A DNA stretch of 20,746 nucleotides. Origin: Ginkgo biloba (lineage: Eukaryota > Plantae > Ginkgophyta). The stretch lies in the NCBI GenBank assembly GCA_024626585.2, contig JANKJI020000004.1:123715993-123736738 (forward strand), read 5' to 3'. This document shows positions 11,411-20,746 of the stretch, piece after piece. Each line of letters begins with the position of its first letter. Position 1 is the first letter of the stretch. Position numbers and translations under genes: made by a program. The notes beneath the pieces are model-generated. The model did not search any database. It was not told where the DNA came from and was given only the letters and a program-made list of their open reading frames with translations.

Positions 11411-11709
11411 CTAAGCAATATTCTAATATCCCATAATACACTCACAACTTTTATATGACATTTGTGACCCTCATAAGCAATGCATCCCCCTCTTCCTGGA
11501 ATTCGTAGCTAGTCCTACGTCGCCCAAGAGATGGAAGGTAACCAGGGTTGATTTGATTATTATCCATCCNNNNNNNNNNNNNNNNNNNNNNNNNNNNNNN
11601 NNNNNNNNNNNNNNNNNNNNNNNNNNNNNNNNNNNNNNNNNNNNNNNNNNNNNNNNNNNNNNNNNNNCTCCAATTTTCCTATCTCATGAGAGGGTTTCCT
11701 AATAGGATT

Positions 11710-12167
11710 TGTAACCTACTCCTCTCTCGTGGAATTAATAAATAATGGAACTTTAGTATGCTCATGGTTAAAAAAAAATTCTTTTTCAAATAAAAATGTA
11801 TCTTCCATATTTAGGATATTTAATAGTATTTGAAAAAATTCCATTTCCAATTGCTTCCAAATACACTCAGTAAGAGCATTTCTGCACATTGATAAGTAAC
11901 CATACAAGATAGGCATTTTGAACATTGGAAGAAAGGATTCTGGGTAAAACCAATACCAATCGTTTCCTAACCACTTCAAGCACTCACTCAGAGTTTGCCT
12001 CCCAGATGCCTCGGTCTGAAACTAGCACACTACTTGGAGGACTTTCTAGTTTGGCATGTGGTTTGTTTACTTGTGGACTGGTGTGTGTGTGTGTGCCAGT
12101 GTGCAACGTGGGTGTACAAATCCACTGCAGTATACTCCCTCGTGAAATGTTGGCTTCTGCTACTACA
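11710..12167 (-). repeat. Probable 3' LTR of a Gypsy element (may extend to 11463)
   Basis: Minus strand starts TGTAG just after a polypurine tract and ends GGTTACA at 11710 (TGTA...TACA). An alternative ...TCACA end lies at 11463. Confidence 0.5.
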
Positions 12168-12174
12168 TTAAAAA

Positions 12175-12191
12175 CTCCCCTCCCTCTCCCT
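12175..12191 (-). other. Polypurine tract (AGGGAGAGGGAGGGGAG)
   Basis: Pure purine run between the integrase C-terminal remnant and a TG-starting LTR candidate. Confidence 0.6.
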
Positions 12192-12199
12192 GTACATAT

Positions 12200-12950
12200 A
12201 GTAGGAGGCATTATTAATCCACCAATGTACCTTCCACATCACTGTTCCATGGTCCAAGATGTATTCTTGGTTAGCTTAGGAATTGTGCCCATTAACTTCA
12301 CATAAAAGAATATCATCTACCTCAAGACGAGCATCTGTAATTAGCGATTAAGGCAGAGGAGCAAAATGTTTGCCAGTGTCCAGAAAATTGCATGTCCGGG
12401 AGTAGGGAGAATTGCTAGCCACATTTATGTGTTATGGAGACCAGGGATGTGGAGCTCTTTACTTCAGAGAACTCTTTCGTTGCAAACAATGCCTTTTGAG
12501 TGTAGAAGCATAAAGGATGACACAACAGTATATAATATCCTCAACGAGATCTTATCATCCTCAAAGAGCAACCACCAGACATTATCCTGTTACACAGGTG
12601 GTTGGAACTCTCTTCACCGACAGCTTGTAGAGGGCCTTGGGGAGCTGCAACCTCTAGGCGATAATTCAACAATGACAGGAATGGCCTTATCACCACTTAC
12701 CAGTTCTGTGAAGATTTTCATCCTTAGATGGTAGGAGAGACACTACCCTATAGGAGGCCACCTCACACTAGACCAGGAGTATACAACAGAACTGATATAC
12801 CATATGTTTGTATTGATTGTTCCACAGATGCAATCATTTAGCAAGCCATAGGCAACTTCATACTAGATGACAATGGGTAGAAGTTAAGAAGATGTGACAT
12901 GAGCTCAGTTGTTTCTCACGAGCTCATCCAATCCAATAGCTCCATAATTC
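12200..12950 (-). mobile_element. Degenerate Gypsy integrase C-terminal half with chromodomain-like relic
   Basis: ELVSGDKAIPVIVE (cf. LVYGxxAxLPxE), ELHIPGLHNT (cf. LxLPxxxHxTFNVS), YVKLMGT...TSW (cf. YLVKWxG...TWE). Confidence 0.5.
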
Positions 12951-13399
12951 ACTTTATACCTAGATTGCTTTTCTCCAACTCATCTACCTTTTATAGTTTT
13001 ATAGTTCCTTTTATCCTATCGATATGCCTTGAAGGGAGTAGTTCGTTGAACAACGATTAAGTCTATGCAAGCGGAAGTCCTCAAGATTCTTCAAGTGCAT
13101 TCAAAAGAAAGATCCGAAGACAAATCTATAAACACAACTTCCTTTGGATGATCCGTCCGGCCAGAAGTCATCATAACAATCTGAGCCAAAACAATCTCAT
13201 TTGCAAAAATATTTAACTTTTCCTGTCTCTGGGGGAGATGAGCAGAGAATTGTAAAAAGCTACGGGATTCTCCAGAAGCTCGATCTTTTCCTTTGAGTCA
13301 CAGGTTTCCAAGAGAGCAGCGCCTTTCACTGTCTACCCTGCAATTGTTTCCTGTGAGCCGCAGCTTCCCCTTTCCAGCCAACCCCAAAAATGAGAATCT

Positions 13400-13894
13400 T
13401 TTCACATGAACAGAGAAATATTCCTACTTGTAAGATAGTGACTAGTTCGTACAGGTTTATACCAAACTTGAGAATCTTTTTACTCAATCTGATAATCAAG
13501 GAAAGGTAGAAAGATTCACACTCATGCACCGGACTGAATATGATGGAATTAGAGGATGCAAGGTTCTCTCTTTGATTCTCAAAATCTATGCTCAAACAAA
13601 AGCTTAAAATGTGCAATGATCATAATTGCACTTGTGCAAGAAAAACTCTATTTTAAGGATCTTATATTAAAGCCTAAATCTAATTATTGAGCTTTTTATT
13701 ATTAACTCAACTTATCCCCAAAGCTAATCAATTATTGAAGTGATTAATCCTAATTAACATAATCTAATATCAATAAGCTCGCAAAAGAATCAGGTGCTAA
13801 CCAAGTGCATCGTATGGGTTCGGTTAAACAAATACAATAACTATGTGTGGATAACTAATCAAAATATGGATGTGAACTACTAAAAGATGAGAAA
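13400..13894 (-). repeat. LTR-like sequence, possibly the 3' LTR of the 14.2-17.1 kb element
   Basis: AT-rich U3-like tract, TATA-like CCTTAAAATAGAG (13646-13658, -), and position 3' of the integrase. The boundary is hidden by Ns. Confidence 0.4.
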
Positions 13895-14214
13895 NNNNNN
13901 NNNNNNNNNNNNNNNNNNNNNNNNNNNNNNNNNNNNNNNNNNNNNNNNNNNNNNNNNNNNNNNNNNNNNNNNNNNNNNNNNNNNNNNNNNNNNNNNNNNN
14001 NNNNNNNNNNNNNNNNNNNNNNNNNNNNNNNNNNNNNNNNNNNNNNNNNNNNNNNNNNNNNNNNNNNNNNNNNNNNNNNNNNNNNNNNNNNNNNNNNNNN
14101 NNNNNNNNNNNNNNNNNNNNNNNNNNNNNNNNNNNNNNNNNNNNNNNNNNNNNNNNNNNNNNNNNNNNNNNNNNNNNNNNNNNNNNNNNNNNNNNNNNNN
14201 NNNNNNNNNNNNNN

Positions 14215-17101
14215 GATTGGATGGATGCCCAATTATTGTGGAAATCAACCTCAAAAGCATTAGGCCCAATCTCATGAAGCATAGCATATGGGCCATATCT
14301 AATAGGTTTGATCTTATAATGAAGTTGGGATTGAAACGTTCCCTTATCCCAATGAAACCAACAAATAAAAATGATGTGCCACCCTATGTTATCATGAAAG
14401 GCCCTTTGTTTCTCTGGAGTCTTCACCAAAACATCATAAACCTGTGTGTGAAGCTGCTATAAATGCTAAGCAAAGGCTCTGGCACTATCCTACTCCTAAA
14501 TCTCATGATGAATGAATGCATGTGGCAAAGCAATCAAAAACGCAAAGTGCAAGGGGCTAAGAACCAAGCAACAAGTCAAAAGGCGAGTGACCTATAGATA
14601 AATGCACGGTGCAATTCAACCCATGTTGGATATAGCAAAAAGAAAGATCCAAACGAATGTGTGGTTCACTACCTCAGTCTAGCCATCTTTGTGAGGGTGA
14701 AAAGCAATAGAAAACTTAAGAGAAGTGGCTAAAATCTCCAAAGGGAACACCAAAAGTGGCTCAAAAACCAACAATCCCTGTCTGATATAATACTAGAAGG
14801 AAGCCCGAAATGAATCCATGCATGCTCAAAAAAGAGCTAGGTATTAGTCAGAGCATTAATGGATTTAGCACAAGCAATGAAAATCACCATCTTGTTAAAT
14901 TTATCCACAATCACCAAATTAGCGCCATGATGCCTCTGAGTCATGGGTAATCCACTAACAAAATCCATTGAAATATATTCACAAGGTTGAGAAGAACCTA
15001 GAAGAATTGTGGACACATCCACTTTCCTATTCTTAGGCTTTGACTAACTGCAAAGTGAACACTAGAAAATGAAACTCTCTATATGTTTTTGCATACCTGA
15101 CCAAAAGAAATATCTCTGAAGGTGGGCTAAAAACTTGGACACACCAAAGTGTCCACCATATAAAGAAGAGCATATCTCATGGAGTAACGATGGTCTACTA
15201 GCCCCCTATGGCACACAAAGTCTACCCAACCTGTATAAATAGCCATCATCCAAGTGGTAGCCCAAGAATGGCTCTCAATGGACCTATGAAGGATGACAAA
15301 GAGCGATATACACTTCTACAAAGCCTAGATCATACTCATTCCTCTCTCTCCACTCTAGATAACCAAGGCACTTGGTACCCATGATGCTCAAGAGGCTCAC
15401 AATCAGTGGCCTACTCAAGATGTTAGTTGTCTTATTATTCTACGCCCCCTTTTAACATCTAATGATCAAGTCAAATTGTTGTAGACAAGATGCTCACTTC
15501 ATGTGACAGTACTTTTGAACGGTGTTCAAGAATGCAAATATTGCAATGGTTGATGATCGTTGTGAATAATCTCTTTGCAAGGAGATAATGGCACCAAAAT
15601 TTTGAAGCCTAAAGAAGAGCATAAAGCTCTTTGTCATATGTGGAATAATTGGCTATAGCAATAGAGATGGTCTCTAAATGGTATGAAACTAGCCTTCCTC
15701 CATGCTTAAGCACTAGGCCCATAGAATATTGAGATGAATTAGTCTCAACCTAAATGGCAACTAAAAATTTGGAAGTTCTAGTATAAGTGATGTACACAAT
15801 AACTCCTCCAACCTGTGAAATGCCCATTGTTGTGCTAAAGTCCAAGTGAAGGGTTTGAGCTCCTTCATTAGCTCATGCAAAATAATAGCTACTTCTGAAT
15901 ATGAAGGAAGGAACTTCCTATAGAAGTTCTCCAAGCCCAAAAAAACCCTCAAGTCATGTAGATTCATAGGAGGTTGCCAATCTCGAAAGCCCTGAATCTT
16001 GTTAGGATCGATATACACTCCAAGTTAGTCTACAACAAAAACTAGCTAATGCAATGAAGTTTGTCCAAAGTCACATAACATTTGGCCATATTTGCATGCA
16101 AGTCGTGGATGCATAATTGCACCAAAACTATTGTCAAATGCTCAAGGTGCTATGTCCATAATTTGTTGAAAATGAGGATATCATCAAGGTATATAACCAC
16201 GACGGAATCCAAAACGGGCCTAAGAATGTCGTTCATCATCCTCATGATAGTCGATGCATTGGTCAACCCAAAAGGCATAGCCATCTACTCATATAGTCTA
16301 AAGCATGTTTTGAACACTGTCTTCAANNNNNNNNNNNNNNNNNNNNNNNNNNNNNNNNNNNNNNNNNNNNNNNNNNNNNNNNNNNNNNNNNNNNNNNNNN
16401 NNNNNNNNNNNNNNNNNNNNNNNNNNNNNNNNNNNNNNNNNNNNNNNNNNNNNNNNNNNNNNNNNNNNNNNNNNNNNNNNNNNNNNNNNNNNNNNNNNNN
16501 NNNNNNNNNNNNNNNNNNNNNNNNNNNNNNNNNNNNNNNNNNNNNNNNNNNNNNNNNNNNNNNNNNNNNNNNNNNNNNNNNNNNNNNNNNNNNNNNNNNN
16601 NNNNNNNNNNNNNNNNNNNNNNNNNNNNNNNNNNNNNNNNNNNNNNNNNNNNNNNNNNNNNNNNNNNNNNNNNNNNNNNNNNNNNNNNNNNNNNNNNNNN
16701 NNNNNNNNNNNNNNNNNNNNNNNNNNNNNNNNNNNNNNNNNNNNNNNNATGTTGATCAGGAGCTCCTATAACCTACATGATAAAAAACAAAGTGCCCTAT
16801 CAACTTATCACCATAACAGTAACAATGTGAACAATCATGCAGTGTCACAAAGCTTTTTGACCTATTTAGTTGCTACCAACTCAATTGATCCCACTAAAGA
16901 CAATAGTGCATATGTGCCCCCCTCCTTTTTGGGAAGAGAACAATTGATTCTGCCATCATAGACTGCATGTCTATCAAAATTGTATGGTCGACCTAGAAGC
17001 ATGTCCCAACAGTCCAAGCGTGTCATGTCACATGGACCCCATCTAATCCATGGTCTAATATGACCTAAAGGATCATTAAAAATGGCCAAATGAAATTTCA
17101 A
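14215..17101 (-). mobile_element. Ty3/Gypsy (CRM/chromovirus-like) pol pseudogene: PR-RT-RNaseH-INT
   Basis: Protease tail DMLLGRPYNFDRHAVYDGR; [10 protein letters not shown]...[11 protein letters not shown] (YLDD 16180-16191); FLGLENFYRKF; RNase H NYSTYDKELYAL; integrase GGHFGVSK, ISMDFVSGLP, ISDRD, and YGPY. Multiple stops and frameshifts. Confidence 0.93.
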
Positions 17102-17269
17102 GCTTTAAAAACAAGCAGTCTAATTGTAGTCAAATTCTATACAAATCTAGATAAATGCCAATAAGAAATTTGGATTTTCAGAAAGTAGACATCAAGAGCT
17201 TCACGTCGATATCTTGTTTGCAAAAAAGGGATNNNNNNNNNNNNNNNNAGCTATGCACTCCCAAAATTA

Positions 17270-17530
17270 CCCACAACTTTTTATGTAGGTAACTTACCTT
17301 CAATATTTTATGAAGGTAAGTTATTGTAGGCCCGTCTTATAATGAAAAAAAGTGACAAAAACTTTCCTACATCATTTTATGTACGTAACTTACCTTCAAC
17401 ATTTTATGATAGTAAACTATTGTAGGTTCATCTTGTAATGGAAAAAAGTGAAGGCGATTGGCAAAAAGTCTNNNNNNNNNNNNNNNNNNNNNNNNNNNNN
17501 NNNNNCACGTTTTTATGTAGGCAAGTTATT
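17270..17530. repeat. ~96-bp degenerate tandem repeat with an internal 13-bp hairpin
   Basis: TTATGTA(G/C)GTAACTTACCTTCAA at 17281 and 17377, partial third copy at ~17512. TAACTTACCTTCA (17290-17302) pairs with TGAAGGTAAGTTA (17311-17323). Confidence 0.8.
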
Positions 17531-17633
17531 AAAGGGTAATTTTTAAGTTTATAAAAGCATGCTATAAATAGAGTTTTATTTTATAAACATAAATTACAAG
17601 TTATAAAGTGAGTGTTACTTTTAAAAGGGGAGC

Positions 17634-18391
17634 TGTTTTGAACCTATGACTGTCTGAAATATTGAACCCACAATTGGCTGGAGAATCCACAGTTGCTCCA
17701 AATCAGCAAGCGTCACCACATCAGCAAGTTTCACTGAAGAAGGTGAACAACTAACAGTCGTACAATTATATGTGAAACCGACCATAGATGAAAACTGATT
17801 TGTCTTCTTTGTATCAAATTCTACAACNNNNNNNNNNNNNNNNNNNNNNNNNNNNNNNNNNNNNNNNNNNNNNNNNNNNNNNNNNNNNNNNNNNNNNNNN
17901 NNNNNNNNNNNNNNNNNNNNNNNNNNNNNNNNNNNNNNNNNNNNNNNNNNNNNNNNNNNNNNNNNNNNNNNNNNNNNNNNNNNNNNNNNNNNNNNNNNNN
18001 NNNNNNNNNNNNNNNNNNNNNNNNNNNNNNNNNNNNNNNNNNNNNNNNNNNNNNNNNNNNNNNNNNNNNNNNNNNNNNNNNNNNNNNNNNNNNNNNNNNN
18101 NNNNNNNNNNNNNNNNNNNNNNNNNNNNNNNNNNNNNNNNNNNNNNNNNNNNNNNNNNNNNNNNNNNNNNNNNNNNNNNNNNNNNNNNNNNNNNNNNNNN
18201 NNNNNNNNTCCACGAGGGATTTCGGATCACATTTGGCTTTAGAGCATATTTATTCTTCAAGCTGAAAAATATGAAATATAGTTGTCAGTCTAGCCCAACT
18301 AGCAAATTTTGATACAATGACATCTTTTCATATATGACCACCACTCATGAGGATGCCTCTTTGTGTTTTAACGGAAGCAATTTAAAACACA
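17634..18391 (+). repeat. Copia LTR candidate (TG...CA, ~758 bp, centre masked)
   Basis: Ends ...ACACA 2 nt before the PBS. The start TGTT at 17634 is inferred from the preceding purine tract. Confidence 0.55.
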
Positions 18392-18393
18392 AA

Positions 18394-18405
18394 TGGTATC
18401 AGAGC
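18394..18405 (+). other. Primer binding site complementary to initiator tRNA-Met
   Basis: Exact TGGTATCAGAGC. Confidence 0.9.
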
Positions 18406-20746
18406 TGATTGCATCACTAGGAAGAAATCCTACCAAACAATGTAAGGAACATAGTTTGGTGTCAAAGCAGTTTATGGCACTTGAGAAGTGCAATATGGAT
18501 GATGTTCCTTGAGGGACATAAATTTGTCGTTTGTGAAGACAAGAAAGGATTCTCAATCGTGTATACTCAAAAGTTTTGAGAAACACAGTTTTGTTGTTAA
18601 TCCTCGCAAAGTCAGTGCTGGAAATAGAATCCAACAATGGAGATTGTTTGTCAAAGGTCTCTATAAAGCATAAGACACTCTCAATAAGCCTCAACCACAC
18701 AGGGACAGTGAATTGCAGCAATACCAAGGAAAACACAGCACATTTGAGGTAAATATTTAATTGCAGAATTCTTCTATTAAATCTTTCCAGTTATGAAGAT
18801 AATTGCAGAATTCTTCTATTAAATCTTTCCAGTTATGAAGATGGGTTATGGGCTTGGAAATGTGGACCAGCCCTCCACATTCTAAGATAAGTTGATGTTG
18901 TGGCAAATTGGCCTGACTAGCCATCAGTGTCAAGATAGTACAACATTGGTACATAATCCATTGGAGATTGCAGTTAAAATGGGAAGAACAAAAGAAGTGT
19001 GGCAAAATATTGTTGCAGCAGTCTGTGAAGAGGAATCCGATGAAGGAGAATAGAAAGTAACTTAGAGAAGGATGAATACTCCTCAAGTGGAGGAGAAGAA
19101 TTCGTGAGGAAAGTATGATGTTGAGTGCCTCATGGCATTAGAAAGTGGTTTAGCAACAACATGGACATTTATCATTAGGCATGGTCTACAAGAATTAGAT
19201 GGGGGGTGCTTTATAGCACAAGAAACAGTCCAAGGATGGATTGGACAATGTTGATGAGGCTGCCCAAAGGAAAAATCCTTATCTCTTACATAGGGAAAAA
19301 GTGGAGAGATGTTATAGAGAGCAAATATATATCTAAAAATTAGATCAACTCCATAAAGGAGATTTTATAAGCCAAGAGGTTGATAGTGAGTTATCCCAAA
19401 GGGTTAACCTCTAATGAAGTAAGGGAACCCGTATTACTGCCNNNNNNNNNNNNNNNNNNNNNNNNNNNNNNNNNNNNNNNNNNNNNNNNNNNNNNNNNNN
19501 NNNNNNNNNNNNNNNNNNNNNNNNNNNNNNNNNNNNNNNNNNNNNNNNNNNNNNNNNNNNNNNNNNNNNNNNNNNNNNNNNNNNNNNNNNNNNNNNNNNN
19601 NNNNNNNNNNNNNNNNNNNNNNNNNNNNNNNNNNNNNNNNNNNNCAATTGGTATATATGGAAGTGAAGCATATCCATGCAATACAAATTGCATCGACTCT
19701 TAGATTGCAGGTATGAAAACCTAGAAAGTGCTTGTAGTAGAAGACCCATTGTATTAGGTACACTTGTATGCCCATTTTTATTTATGCATTAGTTTCCTTT
19801 CTATGAGCAGTTAAGTACGAAGTAATATGCCTTGTTGGCAAGGCACCAATAGGTTAGTTACCCACTAGTCCTAGAGCGGTAGTGGCAAGCCAAGTTGTTT
19901 GGCAAAATAAGGAATGTAGTTTGAGGTACGTAAGACCTATTGGCAGACCCGTAGACATCCTTAACTAATGAAGGGCAACAAGAAGTCTTCCATAGAGGAG
20001 GAGACAATAGATATTGATAGTTCGTCAGTGAGATAGCATCTACAATTTTGGCATCATCAAGGAGGACAAGTGTTAAATCTGATTTTAGTTTTTGCATTTA
20101 GTTGACTGTTAAGAATATTTGCTAAGGCTTATGGTGGTCCAAGTGCAAGAGTGACTTGCTAAAGATTTATACCAAGAATAGCCACCCGTAAATTCCAGTC
20201 AAGTTGGTGACAAAGACAACGAAGTCATGCTTGTTACAATAGCAACAACAGGTAACAGTTTATTGTAATGTTACTCCAAGGATGTCGATCGATTCTAGAA
20301 GAGTGGCACTGTTCTAGAATTGTACAGGTGCACTATTGGTGGCAGCAGCTGTCAATAACGGGGAGTAGGCCGCAAAGGGTTGCAGTTGATATTATAGTGA
20401 TGTATGATCCAAAGGCATAGAGTGGATATCAAGTTGGTCCAAAGAATCATGAAAGGATTCAATCCGGAACAACAAGAAAGGTGAGAAAGCACAAGAAATG
20501 GTCCATGACGAAGATAAGTTTATCTTCAAAAATATTCCAGAACAGTGAATGTCAATGGTAGAATGTCCAAGAAGTGGCAAAAAAAATATTGCCTAGTGAT
20601 GAAGAAAAAGGCAGATGGATAGAAGTTGAAGTTCACACATGTAATACCTGTTGTGGCATTGTAGCAATTAGTCCACAAATAGCTTTGTGGAATGTAAGAC
20701 CAGTGGAGTGGCAATTCCTTAATATTCCTTGTTAAAAATGCTATGT
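18406..20746 (+). mobile_element. Degenerate Ty1/Copia gag-pol, running off the window end
   Basis: Follows the PBS. RILLLNLSSYED (cf. gag ILLxSLPxSY); RT N-terminal relics at ~20400-20746 (SIRNN, KFIFK and related) after the integrase-position region, in Copia order. Heavily decayed. Confidence 0.65.
18758..18841 (+). repeat. Perfect 42-bp tandem duplication
   Basis: TAATTGCAGAATTCTTCTATTAAATCTTTCCAGTTATGAAGA at 18758-18799 and 18800-18841. Confidence 0.95.

Noticed and set aside
11925-12734. Plus-strand ORFs of 126 and 122 aa
   Set aside because: Antisense to an LTR/integrase remnant and partly over a GT microsatellite; no recognisable domain.
17270-17530. CRISPR-like appearance (palindromic repeat units)
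   Set aside because: Whole units are repeated with no unique spacers, there are no cas genes, and the context is eukaryotic.
17645-17735. Minus-strand reading KLADVVTLADLEQLWILQPIVGSIFQTVIG that, joined to the 66-nt exon, loosely resembles an OSCA/CSC1 channel segment
   Set aside because: It lies inside the Copia LTR candidate, has a weak donor, skips the better-supported 19-nt exon, and the resemblance is only by eye.
18368-19086. Minus-strand ORFs of 122 and 109 aa
   Set aside because: Antisense to the Copia leader/gag; the internal peptide repeat comes from the 42-bp duplication.
3147-19775. Long ORFs in the track made mostly of X
   Set aside because: Artefacts of translating through N-blocks.

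Overview
AT-rich, strongly CpG-depleted eukaryotic DNA with many N-blocks, most consistent with a large land-plant genome (inference). Most of the window is decayed retrotransposon sequence: several Ty3/Gypsy remnants on the minus strand (about 1-3160, 3780-4650, gag at about 6900-7500, an integrase end plus PPT and LTR at about 11460-12950, and a better-preserved CRM/chromovirus-like pol at about 14215-17100), a 5'-truncated L1 LINE (about 9480-10276, +), and a Ty1/Copia element with LTR and tRNA-Met PBS (about 17634-20746, +). No element has an intact ORF. Between them (about 9.1-11.4 kb) is a minus-strand chain of very short GT-AG-bounded candidate exons (19, 66, 9, 33 or 63, 24, 9 or 37, and 62 nt). 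These can be joined in one frame into a hydrophobic peptide I do not recognise. This candidate microexon-rich gene and a CpG-retaining island on the 5' part of a dead gag are the most interesting signals. All translations and counts are by hand; no database search was possible.
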